From contig JARIAR010000015.1 in NCBI GenBank assembly GCA_029257805.1, positions 2,493 through 66,492 of the forward strand: a stretch of 64,000 bases of DNA, given 5' to 3'. The stretch is from Blautia sp. GTDB lineage: Bacteria > Bacillota > Clostridia > Lachnospirales > Lachnospiraceae. Each line of letters starts with the position of its first letter. The stretch's first letter is position 1. Below the pieces are notes generated by a model, which was not told the DNA's origin, ran no database searches, and saw nothing but the letters and a program-made list of their open reading frames with translations. A program made the position numbers and the translations under genes. This document shows, one piece after another, positions 9,341 to 18,734 of this stretch.

Positions 9341-10294
9341 TTATTCCATATTCTTTTTCAATGAGCGAACATATTTTCCTGCAGAAATTCCTGCCTGTGC
9401 CCCCTCATAAACTGCTTTTGCAATCTGAAGCAAACCACCTGTACAATCTCCTGCTGCAAACAGACCAGGAACGGTTGTTTCCATAATGGAATTCACCTGA
9501 ATATTTCCCTTATCTGTTAACTCAGCGCCAATCTGACGTGCCAGTTCTCCACTTCCCGCTGTTCCAAGTGCTACAAAAATTCCTTCTGCTTCCTGGAAAG
9601 CACCGGAAACGGATTCTTCCGCCTGTAATTCTCCGGCAAGACGAAGACCTGATACTTTTTCCTGACCTTCAATTGCCTGAATCTTCATTGTGTTTACCGG
9701 AATCGATGATTCTTTTGAAAAACTTGGTTCTTCTCCATCTGTATAGATTGTAACAGAACCTGCTGTATGAGAAAGTTCTTCTGCTTCATGCAGGGCGAAA
9801 TCACTATTTCCAAGAACAGCTACCTCTTTCCCTCTGTAAAAAAATGCATCACATACAGCGCAATAGCTTACGCCTTTCCCTTCAAATTCCTTTAATCCCG
9901 GAATTCTTGGAGTCTGACGCTTGCCGCCTGTTGCCAATATCACACTTTGACTTTCAAAATTACCGGCTGTTGTTTTTACTTCAAATGTATCAAATCCGCC
10001 AAGGCCTAAAACCTGAGCTTCCAGCATACGGATCCCCAAAGATTTAGCCTGTGCAATCCCGGTTTCAATAAGTTCTTTTCCGGAAGGCGGTTCAGAAAGA
10101 CCATAATAATTTTCAATCTTTTCTGCCTTTTCCAATGCACCTATCCCATTATATATCAAAAGGGGATCCATATTTCCCCGGGCCAGATAAAGTGCTGCAG
10201 AAATACCTGCCGGTCCTGCTCCTATAATAATTACCTTTTCCAGTTTTGCCACCTGCTTTCTTTTATTTTCCCTTTGCTTTCCTATAATATACAT
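9341..10294 (-). CDS. Thioredoxin-reductase-like flavoprotein lacking NADPH-binding motifs
   Basis: FAD motif IIIGAGPAGISAA, redox CAVCD, C-terminal GLFAAGDC. The NADPH site GGGxxA/HRR is replaced by VLGNSDFA / YTDG. The start is uncertain: ATG 10294 has no SD, and a GTG at 10252 is possible. Confidence 0.75.
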   Translation of the reverse strand: MYIIGKQRENKRKQVAKLEKVIIIGAGPAGISAALYLARGNMDPLLIYNGIGALEKAEKIENYYGLSEPPSGKELIETGIAQAKSLGIRMLEAQVLGLGGFDTFEVKTTAGNFESQSVILATGGKRQTPRIPGLKEFEGKGVSYCAVCDAFFYRGKEVAVLGNSDFALHEAEELSHTAGSVTIYTDGEEPSFSKESSIPVNTMKIQAIEGQEKVSGLRLAGELQAEESVSGAFQEAEGIFVALGTAGSGELARQIGAELTDKGNIQVNSIMETTVPGLFAAGDCTGGLLQIAKAVYEGAQAGISAGKYVRSLKKNME

Positions 10295-10415
10295 AGTTTT
10301 TAAAAAGATTTCCGTGATTAAGTCACTATTAAATCAGGAAAAGAAGAATTTATTTATTTCTTGCAAAAATGCACAAAATATGATAGGATAAATTGTGTAA
10401 CATTTTGATATATAC

Positions 10416-10488
<73 letters not shown>

Positions 10489-10523
10489 TTGCCTGAAAGC
10501 AAGACAGAAATTTAGGCATTTTC

Positions 10524-10551
10524 CCACAACACACCGTTGTGGTTTTTTTTT
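10524..10551 (+). terminator. Intrinsic terminator after tRNA-Phe
   Basis: CCACAAC-acacc-GTTGTGG followed by T9. Confidence 0.7.
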
Positions 10552-10581
10552 ATAAAAATCATGGGAAAGGACGTTTGAAAA

Positions 10582-11862
10582 ATGAATGACTACAAAATAG
10601 AAACAAAATGTCTCCACGCCGGCTATACCCCTTCAAAAGGGGAACCTTGTGCTGTTCCAATCTGTCAGAGTACTACTTTTAAATACGACACCACAGATGA
10701 AATGGGACAGCTTTTCGATTTGGAAGCAGATGGATATTTTTATACACGTCTGCAAAATCCTACCAATGATGCTGTTGCCGCAAAAATCGCAGAACTGGAA
10801 GGCGGTGTTGCCGCACTTCTGACCTCTTCCGGTCAGGCTGCCAATTTTTACGCAGTATTTAATATCTGCGAGGCAGGAGACCATATTGTAGCAGCTTCTA
10901 CAATTTATGGAGGTACGTTTAACCTTCTTGCCGTTACCTTTAAAAAACTGGGGATTGACTGTACCTTTGTAGATACCGATGCCAGCGAAGAAGAAATTGC
11001 AAAAGCATTTCGCCCCAACACAAAAGTACTTTTTGCAGAAACCATCGCAAACCCGGCTCTGGTGATTCTGGATATTGAAAAATTCGCACGTGCTGCCCAT
11101 GCACACAATGTTCCTCTGATCGTAGATAATACATTTGCCACTCCGGTTAATTGCCGCCCTTTTGAATGGGGTGCAGATATTGTAACACATTCTACTACTA
11201 AATATATGGATGGTCATGCAGTTCAGGTAGGCGGTGCAATTGTAGACAGCGGAAATTTTGACTGGGATGCATATGGTCATAAATACCATGGACTTACAGA
11301 ACCTGATGAATCTTATCATGGCGTCATTTATACAAAACGGTTTGGAAAAAAAGCCTATATTACAAAAGCAACTTCACAACTTATGCGTGATCTCGGTTCT
11401 ATCCCTTCCCCTATGAACTGTTTCCTCCTGAACCTCGGTCTGGAAACCCTTCCTCTTCGTGTAGAACGTCATTGCTTTAATGCTCAGAAAGTTGCTGAAT
11501 TTTTAAGTTCCCACGAAAAAGTAAGTTCCGTTAATTATGCAGGACTTCCCCATGATAAATACTACAACCTTGCTCAAAAATATATGCCAAACGGTACCTG
11601 CGGTGTTATTTCTTTTGAGTTAAATGGAGGACGGGATGCCGCTGTCCGCTTTATGGACAGTCTTGAACTTGCAAACATTGCCACACATGTAGCAGCCTCC
11701 AAAACCATGGTTCTTCACCCTGCAAGCCATACACATCGTCAGATGAACGATACACAACTTGCAGAGGCAGGAGTTTCTCCTGGCATGATCCGTCTTTCTA
11801 TTGGAATAGAAAATGTTGAAGATATTATCGAAGATTTAAAAAAAGCACTGGAAAACGCCTAA
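10582..11862 (+). CDS. metY: O-acetylhomoserine (thiol)-lyase / sulfhydrylase, PLP-dependent
   Basis: 426 aa Cys/Met-metabolism PLP enzyme. PLP-lysine motif HSTTKYMDGH. The N-terminus (ETKCLHAGY) and length match MetY/CysD-type enzymes. Confidence 0.85.
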   Translation: MNDYKIETKCLHAGYTPSKGEPCAVPICQSTTFKYDTTDEMGQLFDLEADGYFYTRLQNPTNDAVAAKIAELEGGVAALLTSSGQAANFYAVFNICEAGDHIVAASTIYGGTFNLLAVTFKKLGIDCTFVDTDASEEEIAKAFRPNTKVLFAETIANPALVILDIEKFARAAHAHNVPLIVDNTFATPVNCRPFEWGADIVTHSTTKYMDGHAVQVGGAIVDSGNFDWDAYGHKYHGLTEPDESYHGVIYTKRFGKKAYITKATSQLMRDLGSIPSPMNCFLLNLGLETLPLRVERHCFNAQKVAEFLSSHEKVSSVNYAGLPHDKYYNLAQKYMPNGTCGVISFELNGGRDAAVRFMDSLELANIATHVAASKTMVLHPASHTHRQMNDTQLAEAGVSPGMIRLSIGIENVEDIIEDLKKALENA

Positions 11863-11870
11863 AACAAAAA

Positions 11871-11923
11871 AGACAGAGGAAAATGTAAATCCTGTGATTC
11901 ACATTTTCTCTCTGCTTTTTTTA
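11871..11923. terminator. Bidirectional terminator between convergent metY and the 3D-domain gene
   Basis: GAGGAAAATGT ... ACATTTTCTC hairpin flanked by A-run and T-run. Confidence 0.55.
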
Positions 11924-11935
11924 TAAAATACTGCT

Positions 11936-13045
11936 TTACTGCATCAGATACACATCCGTGTAATACACACCCCTGCTTTCTCCTTCTTCATGGGTTGCAA
12001 CATAAATATCAATACAATTTGTCTTAATCGCTCCTCCGCAGTCTTCCGCTACATACACCTGCCCATTGATCACAACCTTGGATCCATAAGGAATCTGGGA
12101 AGGATCTACTGCAATCGTATGATTCGTTGTAGCCGTAACCCCGGTGGAAGTAATGCCATTTGCCCATGGACCACAACAAATACTGCATGGACAATAATGT
12201 GTGATACGGAACGTTCCAAGTGGCTTTAACACCGCTTCCGAAGAGACAGCCACCGGTGTTCCAACCTGCACGCCGTTTACCACGGAACTATTTCCTGCTG
12301 TTGTCACATCTTCTACTGCATCTGCAAAGATTCCTTTTCCTTCACTTTGAGAAATGACACCTGCCGAAGCATCTGCCACTTTCCCGGATGATTTATCATT
12401 TTCCACCGCATTTACGATTTCTTTTGAAGCCGTATTACTTTCCTGATCTTCCAGTACGTTTGTAGGAATATACCCTGTTCTTTCTTTTCCCTCCTCATCC
12501 TGATAAACAATTCTGCTCCATATATCGTCCACCTGAGCCGTTCTGTGAACCTCATCCATTTCCAGAAGTTCTCCCACTACCTCTCCATCTTTTTTTCCGG
12601 GAAAATCCAAAATGTCACAGTCTTTTCCAGCTGTTACTTCCTCATTCTTCTCCACAACACTTGTATGTTCACTTAAAGACGCATCAGAAATATATCCCAA
12701 AATCTTTCGGCCTTTCTCATCTTTACAATATGCTTTGCTCCAACCATTATCGCAAACAGCCACACGAGAAACGGCTTCTCCCAAAAGAACTTTTCCAAGA
12801 TTTTTTCCGTTTTCTCCCGGCATACTTCTGATGATTTCTTCTTTTACTGTAACATATACCGTATCTTCTTTTGCCAGAGCCTGGACTTTTTTTCCATTTC
12901 CATCTTCAACCCAAAAGCTTTTCTCCGTTTTTTTCTCTTTTTTATAAAAATCTTCTGCCTCCTTATATCCCTGCACCTTTGCAGAAACAGGTACTGCCAT
13001 AAAAAACGAGACACAAATACAGATGACTGTCATAAATTTTTTCAT
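11936..13045 (-). CDS. Secreted SH3b-repeat / 3D-domain cell-wall protein
   Basis: Signal peptide MKKFMTVICICVSFFMAVPVSA. The C-terminal 3D domain has the Cys-rich motif HYCPCSICCGPWANGITSTG and AEDCGGAIKTNCIDIY. ATG 13045 has an AGGAGG SD; the track start at 13048 is TTG. Confidence 0.75.
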   Translation of the reverse strand: MKKFMTVICICVSFFMAVPVSAKVQGYKEAEDFYKKEKKTEKSFWVEDGNGKKVQALAKEDTVYVTVKEEIIRSMPGENGKNLGKVLLGEAVSRVAVCDNGWSKAYCKDEKGRKILGYISDASLSEHTSVVEKNEEVTAGKDCDILDFPGKKDGEVVGELLEMDEVHRTAQVDDIWSRIVYQDEEGKERTGYIPTNVLEDQESNTASKEIVNAVENDKSSGKVADASAGVISQSEGKGIFADAVEDVTTAGNSSVVNGVQVGTPVAVSSEAVLKPLGTFRITHYCPCSICCGPWANGITSTGVTATTNHTIAVDPSQIPYGSKVVINGQVYVAEDCGGAIKTNCIDIYVATHEEGESRGVYYTDVYLMQ

Positions 13046-13195
13046 CAAAAAACCTCCTGTCAGATTCTCTCTGTGTTCGTATCATAACACACACCTGTTT
13101 CTTTTTCAATTTTCCCACATATATTTAGAGTATTTTAAGAAATATAAACAAGAATAACCCTTCACAAATTTTCTATTCCACGTTAAAATAAACCT

Positions 13196-13876
13196 ATGAG
13201 TACAAAAGACATAGCAAGAAATTTAAGAAAACAGCAAAAACAAAAAAAGCGCGAACAACAGGTACTCCGGCAAAAAATTCTTCTTGTAGGGATACTTCTT
13301 ATTTTTGTGCTTTTTATATGGAAAGTTTTTCTTTCGCCACCTAAGGAAATCGGACAAAAATCCATTAATGCCAATTGTGAAGCCTACAGAAATCAAGTAG
13401 AAGAAACTGCGGCGAATTATAACATGTCCGAGTATGTAGATCTTCTTCTTGCTCTCATGATGCAGGAAAGTTCCGGACAGGGACCTGATGTCATGCAGTC
13501 TTCCGAAGGAGCCTATAACACCCTGTATCCACAGGTTCCCGGTGGTATTACTGATGCCTCTTATTCTATTCAATGCGGTGTACAAGAACTAAAATATTCT
13601 ATGGAAAAAGCAGGTGTACAAAGCCCTACTGATTACAAACATATCCGCCTTGCTCTCCAAGGATATAATTTCGGTGCAGATACGTATTTCTCTTATCTTA
13701 AAAATAATGGCATTAAATCATGGAGCAGAGAATCTGCAGAAGATTTTGCAAGAATTGCAAGTGGAAATACAGCACGGCAGGAAGAAGATCCTCTTCACGA
13801 TCCTGCTGGTCCCTGGAATTATGGGGATCAGCGGTATCCGGAACATGTCCTCCAATATTATCATCCGCCTGAATAG
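13196..13876 (+). CDS. Membrane-anchored lysozyme-like (CwlT N-domain type) protein
   Basis: N-terminal TM anchor, then the LLALMMQESSGQGPDVMQSSEG motif typical of the lysozyme-like family. No clear SD. Confidence 0.65.
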   Translation: MSTKDIARNLRKQQKQKKREQQVLRQKILLVGILLIFVLFIWKVFLSPPKEIGQKSINANCEAYRNQVEETAANYNMSEYVDLLLALMMQESSGQGPDVMQSSEGAYNTLYPQVPGGITDASYSIQCGVQELKYSMEKAGVQSPTDYKHIRLALQGYNFGADTYFSYLKNNGIKSWSRESAEDFARIASGNTARQEEDPLHDPAGPWNYGDQRYPEHVLQYYHPPE

Positions 13877-13881
13877 AATAT

Positions 13882-13910
13882 ATTTTTCAAATTTTTCAAA
13901 ATTTTTCAAA
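13882..13910 (+). repeat. Three phased 10-bp A/T-tract repeats (ATTTTTCAAA x3) upstream of the tRNA-Gly promoter
   Basis: Direct reading gives atttttcaa / atttttcaaa / atttttcaaa. The repeats end 6 nt before the -35 hexamer. Confidence 0.6.
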
Positions 13911-13916
13911 AAACAT

Positions 13917-13945
13917 TTGACATTTATAAATTCTTATAGTATTAT
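13917..13945 (+). promoter_or_regulatory. SigA-type promoter for tRNA-Gly (TTGACA-17-TATTAT)
   Basis: Consensus -35, 17-nt spacer, 5/6 match at -10. It lies 41 nt upstream of the tRNA. Confidence 0.55.
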
Positions 13946-13986
13946 ATATCTTGTCCTTGAGAAACACATAGAAAGGACAGATAAAT

Positions 13987-14059
13987 GCGATAGTGGCGTA
14001 GTTGGTAACGCGCGACCTTGCCAAGGTCGAGACCGCGGGTTCGAGCCCCGTCTATCGCT
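13987..14059 (+). tRNA. tRNA-Gly (GCC)
   Basis: Acceptor GCGATAG/CTATCGC, anticodon loop TTGCCAA, T-loop TTCGAGC. CCA is not encoded. Confidence 0.93.
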
Positions 14060-14065
14060 CTTTTA

Positions 14066-14091
14066 AACCAAGGTGATTCCTTGGTTTTTTT
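14066..14091 (+). terminator. Intrinsic terminator after tRNA-Gly
   Basis: AACCAAGG-tgatt-CCTTGGTT followed by a T-run. Confidence 0.7.
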
Positions 14092-14185
14092 ATTTTAATT
14101 TTAATTAAATTTAATTAAAAAAAGTTCCTATTAGACAGACTACTTCTTTTTCTTTCATCTGTCCAATAGGAACTTTTATTCTTTT

Positions 14186-15514
14186 TTATTCTTGTCCCTC
14201 TGCTTTAAAACAAAGCGTATACATATCCTCTCTATAATTTTTCAAATATATTCTGATCCCTGTAGCCGACTGTATAAGTTCAACCTGAAGTTCTTTTTCA
14301 AACGGAATCAGCGTTCCAAAAATATTGGGAATATTCACTTCTGTCATTCCAGCTTTTATTCCATCTACAAACACATAAAGATCCCTGTCTTTTGCCGTAA
14401 AATGTACGGAAACTCCATTATCCATAACTATAGATTCTCGTCTGCTGCATCTTGTTCCATAAATTCCCTCTCCATTTGTTCCCAGCCATTTTCCTAACGA
14501 AAGAAGCCGCTGCTCTTGTTCCTTAGGAATTGTGCCATCTGCTTTTGGGCCAATATTAATAAGAAGATTTCCATTATTTGCTACTGTACCAACCAAAAGC
14601 GAAACTAAATCTTTAACAGAAATAATTTGCTCGTCTCCTTCATTTTCATTATAACCAAATGACAATCCCATGCCACGGCACATTTCCCATTTTTCACTGC
14701 GATCCACTTTCCCTTGCTTATACTCTTTTGTCAGGAAATCATGATAACGTCCATTAAACCGATCATTTACCACACCTTCATTCACCGCATTATAATAATG
14801 AGCCAAAAAATGCGGCATCATTTCTTCACTTTGCTCAGGCCATCCAATATCATTCCAAAACACACTGGGAGCATAAGTATCTACAAGTTCCATCATCTGA
14901 TTATAAGAATAATCTGCATACTCAAATGTAGGACTTGCTGTACCAAAAAGATCTTCATCTTCAAAAATAGGATCATTCGCAAACTGCCAGTCAATTAATC
15001 CAGAATAATAAAGCCCCATTCGAATCCCTTCTGCCCGCACTGCCTCTGTTAACTCTCTCGTAATATCTCTTTTTGGTCCCATTTTCACACAGTTAAAATC
15101 GGTATATTTACTTGGATAGAGACAAAACCCATCGTGATGTTTTGTTGTCAATACAACATACTGAGCGCCTGCATTTTTAAATAATTCTGCCCATTTTTCC
15201 GGATTCCAATTTTCTGCTTTCCACATAGGGATAAAATCTTCATACTTAAAATCTTCCCCATATTTCTCTACATGATGATTATAAGTCTGGCCTTTTCCTA
15301 TATTAATAGAATTATAATACCACTCTGCGTAAGGATTATCTGCAAACCATTCTTTCGAATCCACCTCTCCGAGTTCCCAAGTATGGGGGGCATAAGCCGG
15401 AACAGAATAGATTCCCCAATGGATAAATATTCCAAATTTACAATCCTCATACCATTTCGGAACTTTATGCTTATTTACAGATTCCCATTTTCCTACAAAT
15501 CTGCTCTCACTCAT
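14186..15514 (-). CDS. Alpha-L-fucosidase, GH29, no signal peptide
   Basis: 442 aa. FGIFIHWGIYSVPA and TKHHDGFCLYPS motifs are typical of GH29. Confidence 0.9.
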   Translation of the reverse strand: MSESRFVGKWESVNKHKVPKWYEDCKFGIFIHWGIYSVPAYAPHTWELGEVDSKEWFADNPYAEWYYNSINIGKGQTYNHHVEKYGEDFKYEDFIPMWKAENWNPEKWAELFKNAGAQYVVLTTKHHDGFCLYPSKYTDFNCVKMGPKRDITRELTEAVRAEGIRMGLYYSGLIDWQFANDPIFEDEDLFGTASPTFEYADYSYNQMMELVDTYAPSVFWNDIGWPEQSEEMMPHFLAHYYNAVNEGVVNDRFNGRYHDFLTKEYKQGKVDRSEKWEMCRGMGLSFGYNENEGDEQIISVKDLVSLLVGTVANNGNLLINIGPKADGTIPKEQEQRLLSLGKWLGTNGEGIYGTRCSRRESIVMDNGVSVHFTAKDRDLYVFVDGIKAGMTEVNIPNIFGTLIPFEKELQVELIQSATGIRIYLKNYREDMYTLCFKAEGQE

Positions 15515-15565
15515 ATTTTTATTTTCTCCTGTTTTTTCTTAGCTTGATATTTTTTATAAACTATA

Positions 15566-16813
15566 TCATCCTTTAATAGACTCAAATATAGGTTCTTTTT
15601 CTGTTAATTCCAGACATACACAATAATTCTTTTTATCATGAAGTTCTCTCGGAAGTTCCACTTCTATCATACCATCACCTTCGCAGGATTTCATTGTACT
15701 GTATTTCAACTTCTGCCCATTGCTTACCACATAAGCCCCAGTTAGTTGATTTCCTACATTAAGAAGCTCAATACGGATTCTCGGAGAAAGTACATGGACA
15801 TAAAGTTTATGCTCTCTTCCCGTGAATTCAATATCTGGAATTTCATATGGATAAATCGCCAAAGGCCTTGTACCATAAATGGCTTCACTGTTTTCTGTTA
15901 CGTATTTTCCCACCTCATCAAGAACCTTTACACATTTTTCTGGAATAACCCCTTCTTCAGTCGGTCCTACATTCAAAAGATAGTTTCCACCACGACTTAC
16001 GATTTTCAAAAGGAGCCTTAAAATATCATCTGCTGTTTTCCAGTTTGTATCAAACTTATTATATCCCCAGGTGTCATTCACCGTTGCAGGAACTTCCCAA
16101 TCTCCCTCATAAGGAAGTCTGGGAATAAAGTTATCTCCCGTTGTCATATAATCTCCCATGTGATTTCCTGTTCGTCCGCTTAGTAAACACTCTGGTTGAA
16201 TGGATTTTACAAGATCAATCAGTTCCTGTGTTTGAGGAACCGTAATTCCCATTGGTGTATCAAACCAAATCAGACTTATTTTTCCATAATTTTCCAAAAG
16301 TTCCTTTACCTGAGGTTTACACTTTTCATCCAGATACTTCTGAAAATCTTTTTCCGAATTATCTTTATGCGCCATATAACCATCCGGATCATCCCAATCT
16401 TGTGCCTGCGAATAATAAAAGCCCAATCGCATATCATACTTTTCACATGCAAGCTGCAATTCCTTCAAAATATCCTTCCCGTACGGCGTCGCTTTTACTA
16501 CATTAAAATCACTTACCTCAGAATTGTACATAGCAAAACCTTCATGGTGTTTAGCAGTAAGAACAATATATTTCATTCCCCACTGTTCTTTTGCCCGCTT
16601 CACCAAAGTGTCTGCATCAAATTTTACAGGATTAAACTGTTCTGCCAATTTCTCATATTCTTCAACCGGAATATCTAAAGTATTTTCAATCCACTCAGCT
16701 ATACGATTCGTCTGAACTCCCTTATACTCTCCTGCCAGGATACTATATAGCCCCCAGTGGATAAATAATCCATATTTTGCATCTTTAAACCATTTTTGCT
16801 TCGTATCTTTCAT
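15566..16813 (-). CDS. Alpha-L-fucosidase, GH29 paralogue, no signal peptide
   Basis: YGLFIHWGLYSILA and AKHHEGFAMYNS motifs. ATG 16813 is preceded by GGAGG; the track start at 16867 is a TTG extension. Confidence 0.9.
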   Translation of the reverse strand: MKDTKQKWFKDAKYGLFIHWGLYSILAGEYKGVQTNRIAEWIENTLDIPVEEYEKLAEQFNPVKFDADTLVKRAKEQWGMKYIVLTAKHHEGFAMYNSEVSDFNVVKATPYGKDILKELQLACEKYDMRLGFYYSQAQDWDDPDGYMAHKDNSEKDFQKYLDEKCKPQVKELLENYGKISLIWFDTPMGITVPQTQELIDLVKSIQPECLLSGRTGNHMGDYMTTGDNFIPRLPYEGDWEVPATVNDTWGYNKFDTNWKTADDILRLLLKIVSRGGNYLLNVGPTEEGVIPEKCVKVLDEVGKYVTENSEAIYGTRPLAIYPYEIPDIEFTGREHKLYVHVLSPRIRIELLNVGNQLTGAYVVSNGQKLKYSTMKSCEGDGMIEVELPRELHDKKNYCVCLELTEKEPIFESIKG

Positions 16814-16863
16814 AATATAAAATCCTCCACTAAATTTATATAATTTCAAACCAAAAGCTTCCA

Positions 16864-17703
16864 TCAACCCTTCACTGCACCTGCTAATATACCTGCCTCA
16901 ACTTTCTCATGAAGCACAAGATAAATAATAAGCATAGGGATCATAGACATAATTACAAACGCAAATTGCGGTCCATAATCAGTCGTAAAATTTGCTGTAA
17001 AATTCAACATTGCTCTGGATATTGTATATTTAGAACTATCTGTAATCAGGATTAAAGAAAAAATCAATTCGCTATATCCATAAATAAATACAAGAATTGC
17101 TTCTGTAGCAATAATTGGTTTACATATCGGTGTAAGAATCATCGTAAGAAGCTTCAAATCTCCACATCCATCTATTTTTGCTGCTTCATCCATACCTCTG
17201 TCCAATCCCTGAATATAACCTGTAAATAAAAATATTGCCTGCGAAAGATTAAATGCTGTGTATATCAGAATCAAAAATACATAGCTGTTTTTTGTTCCAA
17301 GAGCACTGGAAATTTTAGACACAGAAACTAATGTACAATGCACCGGGACCATAACTCCTGCCATAAACAGAAAATAAATCGCTTTAAGATAACTAAATTC
17401 TTTTCTGGCAATCACATAAGCCGCCGGCATAGCAATCACAACTGTTACAACCAGAGTCACAATAGCAACAAAAAGAGAATTGCCAATAGATCTTAAAGCA
17501 TTTGCAATTCTTATCGCATCCGGATAATTTTGAAAATGCCATATCTTAGGAATTGAAAACATCCCCAAAAGAATATCATCATTTGTTTTCAACGATGAAA
17601 CAAGCGTAACGATTAATGGAAAAAATGTAACGAATGCCAAAAAAATTGCTATAAAATAAAGTCCAAACATTCTGATTGCTTTCGTTTTTTTATAACTTTT
17701 CAT
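16864..17703 (-). CDS. Carbohydrate ABC transporter permease (MalG-like)
   Basis: Six TM segments with EAA-type loop (DEAAKIDGCG). AGGAG SD before ATG 17703. Confidence 0.9.
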   Translation of the reverse strand: MKSYKKTKAIRMFGLYFIAIFLAFVTFFPLIVTLVSSLKTNDDILLGMFSIPKIWHFQNYPDAIRIANALRSIGNSLFVAIVTLVVTVVIAMPAAYVIARKEFSYLKAIYFLFMAGVMVPVHCTLVSVSKISSALGTKNSYVFLILIYTAFNLSQAIFLFTGYIQGLDRGMDEAAKIDGCGDLKLLTMILTPICKPIIATEAILVFIYGYSELIFSLILITDSSKYTISRAMLNFTANFTTDYGPQFAFVIMSMIPMLIIYLVLHEKVEAGILAGAVKG

Positions 17704-17735
17704 GACGTTCTCCTTTCTTCGGAACACGGATCTTT

Positions 17736-18632
17736 TTAGTTCTTTTCTCCTTTAAAAATCACATTATTCAGAACTACCGACAACACCAATCCAGTTACAA
17801 GAAGAATAATACTGATTGCTCCACTCCTTCCCATAAGCTTATACTGGAATCCCTGTGTATACAAAAGAACGGCCGGTGTTGCACTGGAATCCATTGGTCC
17901 TCCTCCCGTCATTGCCCACACCAAATCAAATGCTTTAAGGCATCCTGTAATACAAAGTACAGAAAATACCTTGAACATATTTTTACAAAGGGGAACCGTA
18001 ATATATACAATTTTTTTCAATCCGGTACATCCATCTAAAAGCACTGCGTCATGAATTTCATCGGGAATTGCCACAATACCTGCCGCAAAGATCAACATAT
18101 TATATCCTGCGTACATCCATTCATTCACCAAAACAATACACCAAATATTAACCGTAGGTGTTGCCAGCCAATTGATAATATGTTCTTCAAGTCCTATTCC
18201 TCTCAAAAGCTGTGCTAATACACCAAAATTTGCATTAAGAATAAATGTCCACATCAGACCTACTGCTGTTGTACCTAGCATAACCGGCATCAGATACGCC
18301 GTCTTGAAAAATTTTCTTCCTTTCATTTTTGTTGTAACAAGAAGAGCCATTCCAAAAGCAATCGGCATCAGGATACAAAATCCACCAATCATAAAATAAA
18401 GAGCATTCAACATACTTTTCCAGAACTTTTCACTTGTAAGTACTTTTATATAATTTTCCAATCCAACCCACGTCACCGGTGCACCACCGATTCCATTCCA
18501 TTTATTCAAAGACAGCCACGCTGTATTAAGAACCGGGTAAATAACAAAAATTATAGTTAACACTACTCCCGGAAGAACAAAAAGTATAGATTTCAGACAG
18601 GATTTTCTGTAGGTTTTCGATGTTAAGAACAT
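17736..18632 (-). CDS. Carbohydrate ABC transporter permease (MalF-like)
   Basis: 298 aa polytopic protein with EAA-type loop (IPDEIHDAVLLDGCTGLKK). Confidence 0.9.
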   Translation of the reverse strand: MFLTSKTYRKSCLKSILFVLPGVVLTIIFVIYPVLNTAWLSLNKWNGIGGAPVTWVGLENYIKVLTSEKFWKSMLNALYFMIGGFCILMPIAFGMALLVTTKMKGRKFFKTAYLMPVMLGTTAVGLMWTFILNANFGVLAQLLRGIGLEEHIINWLATPTVNIWCIVLVNEWMYAGYNMLIFAAGIVAIPDEIHDAVLLDGCTGLKKIVYITVPLCKNMFKVFSVLCITGCLKAFDLVWAMTGGGPMDSSATPAVLLYTQGFQYKLMGRSGAISIILLVTGLVLSVVLNNVIFKGEKN

Positions 18633-18734
18633 AATATCCCTCCAAACTTTAAAAGGCAGGTGTCACCAAACACTCCAGCCGGTGATACCCGCCCTACATT
18701 ATATATCCAATGCTCTAGCTGTTGCTTCCTTTAT

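Noticed and set aside
10489-10581. SAM riboswitch or T-box upstream of metY; also T-box upstream of ilvE (52690-52885) and purine riboswitch upstream of ade (5018-5240)
   Set aside because: The leaders are too short or lack the conserved cores: no SAM-I kink-turn/junction blocks, no T-box AGAGA/GGUGGUACCGCG sequence, no purine-aptamer UAUAAUCGCG...CCGACUA pattern. Only a tRNA terminator and plain promoters are visible.
10633-11319. 228-aa ORF antisense to metY, plus nested antisense ORFs at 10905-11141 and 10940-11134
   Set aside because: It lies entirely inside a well-supported PLP-enzyme gene on the other strand. The Cys/Phe/Ile-rich low-complexity translation is typical of antisense frames in AT-rich genomes. 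No SD is present.
13049-13195. c-di-AMP (ydaO) riboswitch upstream of the 3D-domain cell-wall gene
   Set aside because: This class often precedes such genes, but the minus-strand leader shows none of the conserved ydaO blocks or pseudo-symmetric helices.
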